64,000 nucleotides of DNA, taken from Candidatus Spyradocola sp. GTDB taxonomy: Bacteria > Bacillota > Clostridia > Christensenellales > UBA1750. How positions within the stretch are numbered: the first letter of the stretch is position 1; each line of letters begins with the position of its first letter. Shown in pieces: positions 17,718-26,418 of this stretch. The DNA lies in contig JBMNOF010000001.1 of NCBI GenBank assembly GCA_050942925.1, positions 151,666 to 215,665 of the forward strand, in the 5' to 3' direction. Position numbers and translations under genes: made by a program. The notes beneath the pieces were generated by a model. The model ran no database searches. It saw only the letters and a list, made by a program, of their open reading frames with translations, and had not been told where the DNA came from.

Positions 17718-18794
17718 ATGCGCATCACAAAGCTGACGCTGACGAATTTTCGGAATTACGCGTATTGCGAGTTTGCGCCGGAGGACGGGATCAACCTGAT
17801 CGTGGGCGAGAACGCGCAGGGAAAGACCAACCTTTTGGAGGCCGTGTTCTTCTGCTGCTTTGGGCGCTCGCACCGGACGAGCCGGGAAAAGGACCTCATC
17901 GCCTACGACGAGGAGATCGCGCGCATTCGCCTGGAAAGCGTGCGCACCGAGACCGCGCACGACTTGCGCGTGCGCCTCTCCCGCCAGGAGGGCCGGAAAA
18001 TCCACGTCGACGGTGCGCCCCTTTCCCGCATCGGGGAATTGATGGGCCTGCTCAACTGCGTGCTGTTCGCGCCGGAACACCTTTCCATCGTCAAGGACGG
18101 ACCCGCTGAGCGGCGCCGGTTCCTGGACATGGAGCTCTCCCAAACCTATCCCGCCTACTTCTTCCTCCTGCAGCAGTACATGCGCGCCCTCCGGCAGCGC
18201 AATACCCTGCTGCGCTCCCTCCGGGAGCAGCCCGAGCTCCGCGCGACGCTCCCGGTTTGGGACCAGCAGCTCGCCTCGCTCGGCAGCAAGATCACCCGCT
18301 ATCGAGAGAGCTTCTGCGCGCGCCTTTCCGGCCTTGCGTCCGAAAACCACCGGGACATCAGCGGCGGCCGCGAATCCCTGGTTGTATCCTACCGCCCGGA
18401 CTGTGAGGCGAACGACGAAACGTCTCTCCTGCGCGCCCTGGAAGCCGCACGCGCGGAGGACCTGCGCCGCTGCACCACAACGCGCGGCATCCACCGCGAC
18501 GAAATGGCCTTGACGCTCGACGGCCGCGAGATCCGCGCCTTTGGCTCGCAGGGCCAGCAGCGCACCGCCGCCCTCGCCCTCAAGCTCTCCGAGCTGGACC
18601 TCATTCGCCAGGAGACCGGCGAGTGGCCCATCCTCATGCTCGACGACGTGATGAGCGAATTGGACGACCGCCGCCAGCGCTACCTTTTGGAGCGCATCCT
18701 CCCCGTCCAAACCCTGGTCACCGCGACCGCACAGGACGTCTCCTGGCCCAGCGCCCGACGTTTCGTCGTGCGGCAGGGCCAAATTGTGGAATAG
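17718..18794 (+). CDS. recF: DNA replication and repair protein RecF
   Basis: MRITKLTLTNFRNYAYCEF...GENAQGKTNLLEA. ATG at 17718 with the SD GGGAGGAAAG. Confidence 0.95.
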   Translation: MRITKLTLTNFRNYAYCEFAPEDGINLIVGENAQGKTNLLEAVFFCCFGRSHRTSREKDLIAYDEEIARIRLESVRTETAHDLRVRLSRQEGRKIHVDGAPLSRIGELMGLLNCVLFAPEHLSIVKDGPAERRRFLDMELSQTYPAYFFLLQQYMRALRQRNTLLRSLREQPELRATLPVWDQQLASLGSKITRYRESFCARLSGLASENHRDISGGRESLVVSYRPDCEANDETSLLRALEAARAEDLRRCTTTRGIHRDEMALTLDGREIRAFGSQGQQRTAALALKLSELDLIRQETGEWPILMLDDVMSELDDRRQRYLLERILPVQTLVTATAQDVSWPSARRFVVRQGQIVE

Positions 18795-18804
18795 GAAAAG
18801 AAAA

Positions 18805-18838
18805 CACCCCGCCGGAATCCCGGCGGGGTGATGCTTTC
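18805..18838 (+). terminator. recF terminator
   Basis: CACCCCGCCGG-aatc-CCGGCGGGGTG followed by atgCTTTCT. Confidence 0.6.
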
Positions 18839-19198
18839 TACAGGTGAAGAAGTTCACCTGCCCAAAATAAGAGAGATATGCGAACTGCCGCAGACGCAGA
18901 ACCTTGACTCTAAGGAGGAGAAAATGAGACGTTGGGTTTTTACGAGCGCACAACCCGCTGATGAAGTGCGCCCGGCGCTGCGTGACAAGGAAAGATGTCA
19001 TCATCCGTGAAAGGCTTTTCTTTGCTTTTCACTCCTTTATCTTACACAATGAGACCCATTTTGACAATAGAGAAACCATCAAGAGACGGTTAAAGAAAAT
19101 CAAACAATCTATGAAGCGTTTTTGACGGACGGCGACGCCCCTTCCGGACGCCGTTTTGTGCGCGGCGAAACGGTAGGAAAGAAACAGCAGTTGTAGGG

Positions 19199-19640
19199 TA
19201 TAGAGAGTAGACGTAGTCGTAGTAGAGCGGTGGATTTTGTGGAAAACCTCGTTTTGTCCGATGTTCTCCGGTTTTTTGGGCTCGCGTTCGCTGTGGAAGT
19301 CCGGCTCGCCGATCCACATTTTGGCGCGTTTCTCCACAACCGGCCCTCCCCTGGGACCTCGGACGGCCACGCTTCTGTGGAGAAATTTTTTGCCGATGGG
19401 AAAACTTCCCATCTGGAAACGCAAATATTTACGGTTTTGTATAATTATGCAGCGTATGCACGACCATGCAGCAAAATTTTCCACAGAATGCAAGGGGTGT
19501 GGAAGAATTTCAACAGAAGTTATCCACAGGCGGAGGGAGGACCAAAAAGCTTCCGGTTCTGCCGTTGTTTTCCGGGCGGCGGCAAAAAAGATTGCACTTC
19601 TGTATGACTTATCCCCAAACTGTGCAGAGATTGTGGATAA
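19199..19640. other. Second DnaA-box cluster (candidate oriC part 2) with a DnaA-trio-like array
   Basis: Perfect boxes at 19520-19528 and 19632-19640. One-mismatch boxes at 19238, 19330, 19376, 19477 and 19609. Weaker boxes at 19229, 19292, 19310 and 19498. Trio-like array at 19205-19225. Confidence 0.6.
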
Positions 19641-19942
19641 CTCGTTTTGTGCGGAGAGACGGCGCGGCGCGCGCGCCTATGCAGGGAAGGTGCGGCGAAC
19701 GTTGTTCTGAATTGACGTGCCGGGACCGGGAGCGGGCTCTGGCGAGTGGAATGGCGGGGAAGCGAAAAAAGAAAGGGGTCCCTCCCTCTTTTCCAAACGG
19801 GGAAAGTGGTGTATAATGGCCTTGAGCAACGAACTTCCCCTTCTGCGCGGTTTTTTGCGCGCAGAACCGGCATTTCGGAGAGAAGGCCGCGGGAACCTTG
19901 CCGGCACATTGTGTCCGGTTGATGATAAAGGAGGAAGAGACC

Positions 19943-20962
19943 ATGACAAAGATCCTGACCGGCGGACCCTTGCCCAACATCCCCTGGGAGGAAAAGCCCG
20001 CCTCCGTCGTCAACGCTCCCGTCTGGCGCTTCAGCGGCAACCCCGTCATCGACCGCAATCCCGTAAAGGGCGTGGCGCGCATCTTCAACAGCGCGGTGGC
20101 GCCCTTTGGCGATGGATTTGTCGCGGTGCTGCGTGGAGAGCAGGTCAATGGCATCCCGCACATCTACATGGGCCGTTCGGACGACGGCATCCATTGGCAG
20201 ATCGATGCGGAAAAGATCCCCTTTGTGGATGAGGAAGGCAAGCCCTTCCTGCCGGGCTATGCCTACGACCCGCGCCTTGTCAAGGTGGAGGACACCTACT
20301 ACATCCTGTGGTGCACGGACTTCTACGGCGCGGCCATCGGCCTGGCGCGCACGAAGGACTTCAAGACCTTTGTGCGCATGGAAAACCCCTTCATTCCCTT
20401 TAACCGCAACGCGGTGCTCTTCCCGCGCAAGGTCAACGGAAAGTACCTACTGCTCTCGCGGCCGTCGGACAGCGGGCACACGCCCTTTGGCGACATCTTC
20501 CTCTCCGAATCGCCGGACATGATCTACTGGGGCCGGCACCGCCACGTCATGAGCCGCGGCTCGGAGTGGTGGCAGTCGCTGAAAGTGGGCGGCGGCGCGG
20601 CGCCGATCGAGACGGACGAGGGGTGGCTGCTGTTCTACCACGGCGTGTCCAGCACGTGCAACGGCTACGTCTACTCCGTGGGCGGGGCGATTCTGGACAT
20701 CGACCGGCCCTCCATCGTCAAGTACCGCTGCGAGAATTTCCTGCTCACGCCCGAGGCGCCCTATGAGGAGCGCGGGTTCGTGCCCAACGTCTGTTTCCCC
20801 TGCGCCACGCTGCAGGACACCGAAACCGGGCGCATCGCCATCTACTATGGCGCGGCGGACTCGGTGGTGGGCCTGGCGTTTACGCAGGTGGACGAGATCG
20901 TCTCCTACATCAAGGAGCACAGCAAACTCACGGAGACCGATACGGAAATCGGCATCCGTTAA
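19943..20962 (+). CDS. GH130 family beta-mannoside phosphorylase (shorter, about 340-aa type)
   Basis: MTKILTGGPLPNIPWEEKP...FNSAVAPFGDGFVAVLRGE...YDPRLVKVEDTYYILWC...GWLLFYHGV. SD AAAGGAGGAAG. Confidence 0.85.
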   Translation: MTKILTGGPLPNIPWEEKPASVVNAPVWRFSGNPVIDRNPVKGVARIFNSAVAPFGDGFVAVLRGEQVNGIPHIYMGRSDDGIHWQIDAEKIPFVDEEGKPFLPGYAYDPRLVKVEDTYYILWCTDFYGAAIGLARTKDFKTFVRMENPFIPFNRNAVLFPRKVNGKYLLLSRPSDSGHTPFGDIFLSESPDMIYWGRHRHVMSRGSEWWQSLKVGGGAAPIETDEGWLLFYHGVSSTCNGYVYSVGGAILDIDRPSIVKYRCENFLLTPEAPYEERGFVPNVCFPCATLQDTETGRIAIYYGAADSVVGLAFTQVDEIVSYIKEHSKLTETDTEIGIR

Positions 20963-20995
20963 GGTTTGATCCAATCATTTGGAGGGAAAAGAGAA

Positions 20996-22168
20996 ATGCT
21001 GCATCCCAACTATTACGTGGAAAAGGCGAAGGTGGACAAGCTGATCGCCCGCAAGAACGTCGTGTCCGACATCTACAACGGCATTTACGATCGCTACGAG
21101 TATCCCGTGCTCACGCGCGAATTTGCGCCCGTGCACTGGAGATACGACCTCAACCCGGAGACCAACCCCTTCTTCATGGAGCGCCTGGGGATCAATGCCG
21201 TGCTCAACAGCGGCGCGATCTACCTCAACGGCAAGTTCTACCTCGTCGTGCGCGTCGAGGGCGCGGACCGCAAGTCCTTCTTCGCCGTGGCCGAGTCCGA
21301 CACCGGCATCGACGGCTTCCACTTCTGGGACTACCCGATTCAGCTGCCCGATACCTGCCCGGAGGAGACCAACGTCTACGACATGCGCCTGACCCAGCAC
21401 GAGGACGGCTGGATCTACGGCGTGTTCTGCTCGGAGAGCAAGGACCCGAACGACCCCGACCTCTCGGCGGCGGTCGCGGCGGCGGGCATCGTGCGCACCA
21501 AGGACCTCAAGAACTGGGAGCGCCTGCCCAACCTCAAGACCTTGCGCTCGCCCCAGCAGCGCAACGTTGTCCTGCATCCGGAGTTTGTGGACGGCAAGTA
21601 CGCCTTCTACACGCGCCCCATGGATGGCTTCATTGAGACGGGCTCCGGCTCCGGCATCGGCTTCGGCCTGTGCGAGGACATCACCCATCCCGTCATCGAC
21701 GAGGAGAAGATGACCTCCATCCGCCGCTACCACACCATCACCGAGGCCAAGAACGGCGCGGGCTGCGTGCCGATCAAGACCGACCGCGGCTGGATTCACA
21801 TCGCCCACGGCGTGCGCAACTGCGCCTCCGGCCTGCGCTATGTGCTCTACGTTTTTGCCACGGATCTGAAGGACCCGAGCAAGGTCATCGCAGAGCCCTC
21901 CGGCGTGTTCCTCGTTCCCCGCAGGGAGGAGCGTGTGGGCGACGTCAGCAACGTGGTGTTTGCCTGCGGCGCGTGCGTCAAGGACGACGTGGTCTACATC
22001 TACTACGCCTCCTCGGATACGCGCATGCACGTGGCCACCACCACCATTGACCGCCTGGTGGACTACACCTTCAATACTCCGTCCGATCCCCTGCGCAGCC
22101 CGGATTGCGTCAAGCAGCGCTGCGCCCTCATCGACAAGAACCTGGAGTTCCTCAAGACCCAGGCGTAA
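20996..22168 (+). CDS. GH130 family phosphorylase (about 390-aa, 4-O-beta-mannosyl-glucose phosphorylase-like type)
   Basis: [54 protein letters not shown]...[23 protein letters not shown]. Confidence 0.85.
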   Translation: MLHPNYYVEKAKVDKLIARKNVVSDIYNGIYDRYEYPVLTREFAPVHWRYDLNPETNPFFMERLGINAVLNSGAIYLNGKFYLVVRVEGADRKSFFAVAESDTGIDGFHFWDYPIQLPDTCPEETNVYDMRLTQHEDGWIYGVFCSESKDPNDPDLSAAVAAAGIVRTKDLKNWERLPNLKTLRSPQQRNVVLHPEFVDGKYAFYTRPMDGFIETGSGSGIGFGLCEDITHPVIDEEKMTSIRRYHTITEAKNGAGCVPIKTDRGWIHIAHGVRNCASGLRYVLYVFATDLKDPSKVIAEPSGVFLVPRREERVGDVSNVVFACGACVKDDVVYIYYASSDTRMHVATTTIDRLVDYTFNTPSDPLRSPDCVKQRCALIDKNLEFLKTQA

Positions 22169-22186
22169 AAAATTTTCCTACTCCAT

Positions 22187-22215
22187 TTGAAAAAAACAGA
22201 AAAACCTGATATAAT
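22187..22215 (+). promoter_or_regulatory. Near-consensus sigma-A promoter
   Basis: TTGAAA (22187-22192), 17 nt, TATAAT (22210-22215). Confidence 0.5.
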
Positions 22216-22226
22216 ACTTCTTGTAC

Positions 22227-22288
22227 AACGTGCAGTTTGCTTAGCGGAACGTAAGTCCTGTTGCAGCAAACTGCACGTTTTCTTTTCC
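22227..22288 (+). terminator. Long hairpin plus T-tract; GH130 operon terminator and/or promoter-proximal attenuator or small RNA
   Basis: AACGTGCAGTTTGC (22227-22240) pairs with GCAAACTGCACGTT (22266-22279), followed by TTCTTTTCC. Confidence 0.6.
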
Positions 22289-22349
22289 AAACAAAAAAGT
22301 CATGACAAAAGGTTCATACCAAACTTTGCCCGAAAGAAAGGAGAGGGAG

Positions 22350-22913
22350 ATGGAAGTCCACGAAATTGTCCGGTATGGAACACAAGGAATTTGCCGCATT
22401 CAAGAGATTTCAGAAAAGTCGTTTGGAGCCTCGCGCCGGCTTTATTATGTCTTAAAGCCGGTCTACCATGAAGAAGCAACGATTTTTGTCCCTGTTGATA
22501 ATCCGGAACTCACCGGGAGAATGCACCGCCTGCTCAGCGCGCAGGAGGTATTGGAGCTTCTAAGCGGCGTATCTGAAGATGACGGACTCTGGATTGCAGA
22601 AGAAGCAAAGCGCCGAGAGACCTATGAAAAAATTCTTCGCAGTGGGGACCGCGTGGGCATGACGCGCCTCATTCGCGCGTTGTCCCTGTATCAGTCCAGG
22701 CTGCAAACACAGCATAAGAAGCTACATGTCGCGGATGAGGCGCTTCTCAAGGAGGCAGAACGCGAACTCAACGAAGAAATCGCTTATGTGCTTGGGCTTG
22801 CACTGGAGGAAACGCCCACAGTTGTCCGAAAGCTCATTGAAAAGGAGAAAGAGGGGGAAATAAAAAATGAAGAGGATCTTGTCCGCGTGCCTAGAGCAGA
22901 CGCAGCGGTTTGA
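22350..22913 (+). CDS. CarD/CdnL-family RNA-polymerase-binding regulator
   Basis: MEVHEIVRYGTQGICRIQEISEKSFGASRRLYYVLKPVYHEEATIFVPVDN is the TRCF/CarD N-domain. It has a helical C-domain (RRETYEKILRSGDRVGMTRLIRALSLYQ). SD AAAGGAGAGGGAG. Confidence 0.8.
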   Translation: MEVHEIVRYGTQGICRIQEISEKSFGASRRLYYVLKPVYHEEATIFVPVDNPELTGRMHRLLSAQEVLELLSGVSEDDGLWIAEEAKRRETYEKILRSGDRVGMTRLIRALSLYQSRLQTQHKKLHVADEALLKEAERELNEEIAYVLGLALEETPTVVRKLIEKEKEGEIKNEEDLVRVPRADAAV

Positions 22914-23088
22914 GGACCATGAGGCTTTTGCCGCGTATTGCAGAATGCTCGATCGCAAACACATCCGGTATCAGGTACTGGAGAAAACAACAGACGCGAG
23001 CAGCCTTATTGTACACATGCGCCGGGCATATCTGCTCTATCCTACGGGTGAGTATCTGGAAGAAAAAGAGGAGGAAAAGAAAAAATGA
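22867..23088 (+). CDS. Small hypothetical protein (73 aa), paralogue of the next gene
   Basis: MKRILSACLEQTQRFEDHEAFAAYCRMLDRKHIRYQVLEK... SD GAGGGGGA. It overlaps the CarD-like 3' end by 47 nt. Confidence 0.55.
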   Translation: MKRILSACLEQTQRFEDHEAFAAYCRMLDRKHIRYQVLEKTTDASSLIVHMRRAYLLYPTGEYLEEKEEEKKK

Positions 23089-23327
23089 AGAGAATCGTAT
23101 CCGCATGTCTACACCAAACCATCCTGTTCTCTAGCAAAGAAGATCTGCCCAGAGAGTGGGCAGTCCGAGCGGTTCAGGAGGAATACGCAGCCTATAGGCG
23201 TCAGTTAGACGAAAGAAAGATTCCCTATCGAATTGTGGAAGAAACCGCGAGGGAGGATGGGTCCATCCTCGTGCGCGTTAAGCGGCAGAACAACCAGTAT
23301 GACGTTGGAACCTATTTGGACGATTAA
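23085..23327 (+). CDS. Small hypothetical protein (80 aa), paralogue of the previous gene
   Basis: MKRIVSACLHQTILFSSKED...EEYAAYRRQLDERKIPYRIVEET...ILVRVKRQNNQYDVGTYLDD. SD GAGGAGGAAAAG. ATGA overlap with the previous ORF. Confidence 0.6.
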   Translation: MKRIVSACLHQTILFSSKEDLPREWAVRAVQEEYAAYRRQLDERKIPYRIVEETAREDGSILVRVKRQNNQYDVGTYLDD

Positions 23328-23367
23328 AAAAGCGCTTCCCTCCTGCCGGAGGGAAACGCTTTTTTTG
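23326..23367. terminator. Bidirectional intrinsic terminator
   Basis: AAAAA-AGCGCTTCCCTCC-tgcc-GGAGGGAAACGCT-TTTTTT, between convergent genes. Confidence 0.8.
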
Positions 23368-23382
23368 TAAGGCGCGTTTGAT

Positions 23383-24786
23383 TTATGCCTTGCACAGCTC
23401 GTAGATGACCTGGGCGTACATCTCGATGGTGAGAAGCAGATGCTCCTTCATCGCGAACTCGTCCGGACCGTGCATGTTGTTGTTGACGCCGGGGAACGCC
23501 GCGCCGAAGGACACGCCGCCCTCCAGGCTGTGCACATAGGTGCCGCCGCCGATCGCGATGCAGTGTCCCTTCTCCCCGGTGTAGCGCTCGTAGACCGACA
23601 GCAGCGTCTGCACCAGCGGGGAATCCTCCGGCACGTAGTGCGGCGCAAACATCCGGTTGTCCGCCATGGTAAAGCCGATCTGCGCGTACTTGCGCCGCAG
23701 AACCTCGGTCAGGTTTTCGTCGTTTGCGCACAGGGCCGCGCGGCAGTCCGCCTGCAGCGCCGCGCTCGTCTCGTCCATCTTGAGCACGTCCAGGGAGATG
23801 GTGAGCTTGCCGGAGACCTCGTCCTCCTGCGCAACGCCCGCGGCCACGCCATAGTAGTCGCCGTGCGGGTAGAGATGCGTCAGGCCGCGAACCAGCTCCG
23901 CGCCCTTGCCCTTGAGCGGAAGAGCCGCCAGCAGCGTGCACAGCGCGGTCAAGGCGTTGATGCCCTCGTAGGGCGTGGAGGCATGCGCATTGACGCCCTG
24001 GCTGGTGATGACCACGCCGCCTTCTTCCTGCGCGCAGGAGAACTTCGCGCCGGTCTTTTCCTCAGCGCTGAGCAGGTACCGCTGCACGTCCTCTGCCGTC
24101 ATGCCCTTGATCAAGGCCTTGGAGGTCGCGGGAACGACGTTGAACTTGATGCCCGCGTCGATCCAGCCGATGCGCGGCAGCACGTCCTCCGCCGCCCAGT
24201 GGGCCTCCGCATCCGCGTGCAGGCCGCCCTTTTCGATGTTGATGACCGGGTAGTCCGCATCCGGCGAGAGGGTCTTGGGCGGAACCGGGTTGCTGGCAAA
24301 GTAGTGGCGGATGTCGCTGGAGCCGCACTCCTCATCCGCGCCCAGGATCAGCTTGCAGTTGCGCGCAAGGGGCAGATCCAGGTCGCGCACCGCGCGCATG
24401 GCGTAAAATGCCGCAAGGGCCGGGCCCTTGTCGTCCGCCGTGCCGCGCCCGTAGACCTTGTGCTCGTCTTGCCGCATCTCCAGCGGCGGGAAAGACCAGC
24501 CGTCCCCCGTGGGAACGATGTCCAGATGCGCCAGAATGCCGAGCTCCGTGTCCTTGTCATTGAGGTCCGTCGTCAAAACATAGTTGTCGTGGTTGACCGC
24601 GGAAAAGCCCGCCTTGCGCAGAATGCCCTCGGCCGTCTCCAAGACCTGCGCGCAGCCCTTGCCGTACGGCATCCCGGGCAGCGCCTCGCCCTTGGCCGAG
24701 TCGACCGCAACCAGCGCCGCAAGGTCTGCAAAGAATTCCTCCTCGTGCGCCTTGGCCCAGGAAATAATGCTCTGCTGTATGTCCAT
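23383..24786 (-). CDS. M20 family dipeptidase (PepV/Sapep-like)
   Basis: MDIQQSIISWAKAHEEEFF...HLDIVPTGDGW...GRGTADDKGP. ATG at 24784-24786 with the SD GGAAGGAAGG. Confidence 0.9.
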   Translation of the reverse strand: MDIQQSIISWAKAHEEEFFADLAALVAVDSAKGEALPGMPYGKGCAQVLETAEGILRKAGFSAVNHDNYVLTTDLNDKDTELGILAHLDIVPTGDGWSFPPLEMRQDEHKVYGRGTADDKGPALAAFYAMRAVRDLDLPLARNCKLILGADEECGSSDIRHYFASNPVPPKTLSPDADYPVINIEKGGLHADAEAHWAAEDVLPRIGWIDAGIKFNVVPATSKALIKGMTAEDVQRYLLSAEEKTGAKFSCAQEEGGVVITSQGVNAHASTPYEGINALTALCTLLAALPLKGKGAELVRGLTHLYPHGDYYGVAAGVAQEDEVSGKLTISLDVLKMDETSAALQADCRAALCANDENLTEVLRRKYAQIGFTMADNRMFAPHYVPEDSPLVQTLLSVYERYTGEKGHCIAIGGGTYVHSLEGGVSFGAAFPGVNNNMHGPDEFAMKEHLLLTIEMYAQVIYELCKA

Positions 24787-25075
24787 TTTCGTTTTCCTTC
24801 CTTCCGTGACGTGAACGTCCGATCCGCAAGCGCAGCCTGCGGAAAAACAGTGCATTCCAAGGATTACTATACCCATCGCGGCGGCGCGCTGTCAAGAGGA
24901 AGACGCGCCGAGCCGCCGCTTTTTTGCGGGCGACGTGCGCACAAGAAAAGACGGCGGGAAGTCCGCTCTTTTTCGTGCAATGGAGGAAGAAGCGTGTTAT
25001 AATCGTAGAGGGATCGCCCGAAAATCGGGAAGGCCCCAGCGCCAGGCGGGAAAAACAGACGGAGGAGGCCAAAAC

Positions 25076-25276
25076 ATGATCGAGCTTGCATTGGGCGATT
25101 TGATTCAGACGCGCAAGAAGCACCCCTGCGGCAGCGACCGCTGGGTCGTCATCCGCGTGGGGGCGGACATCAAGATCAAGTGCAAGGGCTGCGGCCGGAT
25201 CGTCATGTTGGAAAGGCCGGAGTTTGAAAAGCGGATGAAAAAGCACCTGGGGAAAGATGCGCCGGAGGAGGGCTGA
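25076..25276 (+). CDS. DUF951 family small protein
   Basis: MIELALGDLIQTRKKHPCGSDRWVVIRVGADIKIKCKGCGRIVMLERPEFEKRMKK. SD GGAGGAGG. Confidence 0.8.
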   Translation: MIELALGDLIQTRKKHPCGSDRWVVIRVGADIKIKCKGCGRIVMLERPEFEKRMKKHLGKDAPEEG

Positions 25277-25833
25277 TGCCCTCCCGCATGGAGCGGCGTC
25301 AGGAGCGAGCCCGTCGCCGCAGAAGGGAAGCGTGCGCCTGGACCGTCGAGATCTTGGTGGTCTTTGTGCTGGCGGTGTTGGTGCGCACGTTTGTGTTTTC
25401 CATGACCACCATCCAAGGGCCATCTATGCGGGAAACGCTGCATTCCGGCCAGATCGTGGCCGTGGATAAGCTCTACTTTGTCCTCCATGAATTTTCCCGC
25501 GGGCAGATCGTCATCTGCCGCTACCCCAACTCGGAAGAGTTCTACGTCAAGCGGATCGTGGGCCTTCCCGGCGAGACGATTGAGATCCGCCAGGGACAGA
25601 CCTATATCGACGGCGAGCCTCTGGACGAGGCGTATGTCCGCTATCCCCCGGAGGAGGACTTCGGCCCCGTGCAAATCGGCGAAGACGAGGTCTTTGTCAT
25701 GGGGGATAACCGCGCAAATTCCTACGACTCCCGCCAGGAGGGAACGCTCTCGCGGGAGATGATCGTCGGGCGCGTGATGGCCGTGTGCTATCCCATGGAC
25801 GAGGCGCGCTGGATCGAGGCGGAAACGGCTTGA
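25276..25833 (+). CDS. lepB: Signal peptidase I
   Basis: GPSMRETL...KRIVGLPGETIEI...VMGDNRANSYDSR. Confidence 0.9.
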   Translation: MPSRMERRQERARRRRREACAWTVEILVVFVLAVLVRTFVFSMTTIQGPSMRETLHSGQIVAVDKLYFVLHEFSRGQIVICRYPNSEEFYVKRIVGLPGETIEIRQGQTYIDGEPLDEAYVRYPPEEDFGPVQIGEDEVFVMGDNRANSYDSRQEGTLSREMIVGRVMAVCYPMDEARWIEAETA

Positions 25834-25862
25834 CGCAAACAAAATGGAAAGGAACCGCACTC

Positions 25863-26399
25863 ATGGCAAAAAACAACATCGCAAAGGAAATCCTGGAGTG
25901 GGCGCTGACCATCATCATTCCGGTGGTGGCGGCGCTGCTCATTCACCAGTACCTCTTTACGTTTGCCCGCGTGGACGGAACCAGCATGCTCGACACGCTC
26001 CATGAAAACAACATCATGGGCGTTTCCCGCCTGCACTACCGCCTGAACGAGCCGCAGCGCGGCGAAATCATTACCTGCAACTACCCGGGCGAGGGGAACA
26101 AGCTCTTTGTCAAGCGCATCATCGGTTTGCCGGGCGAGACGATCGAGATCCGCGAGGGCACGGTCTACATCGACGGCGAGCCCATCGCGGAGGACTATCT
26201 GACCCGCCGCGACGACCAGAGCATGGACCCCGTGACGCTCGAGGACGACGAGATCTTCGTCATGGGCGACAACCGGCCCGTCTCGCGGGACAGCCGGGCC
26301 GTCGGTCCGCTGACGCTGGACGAAATCTACGGCCGCGTGCTGTTTGTCGCCTTCCCCTTTAACGAGATCCGCAGCACCATGGCCCTGCCGGAATACTGA
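25863..26399 (+). CDS. lepB: Signal peptidase I (second tandem copy)
   Basis: MAKNNIAKEILEW...GTSMLDTL...KRIIGLPGETIEI...VMGDNRPVSRDSR. Confidence 0.9.
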   Translation: MAKNNIAKEILEWALTIIIPVVAALLIHQYLFTFARVDGTSMLDTLHENNIMGVSRLHYRLNEPQRGEIITCNYPGEGNKLFVKRIIGLPGETIEIREGTVYIDGEPIAEDYLTRRDDQSMDPVTLEDDEIFVMGDNRPVSRDSRAVGPLTLDEIYGRVLFVAFPFNEIRSTMALPEY

Positions 26400-26418
26400 G
26401 CCCAAGGAGAGAAAGAGG

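Noticed and set aside
19029-19493. 154-aa minus-strand ORF in the recF-GH130 gap
   Set aside because: It has no SD and an implausible sequence, and it spans the DnaA-box and trio region. I treat the region as non-coding.
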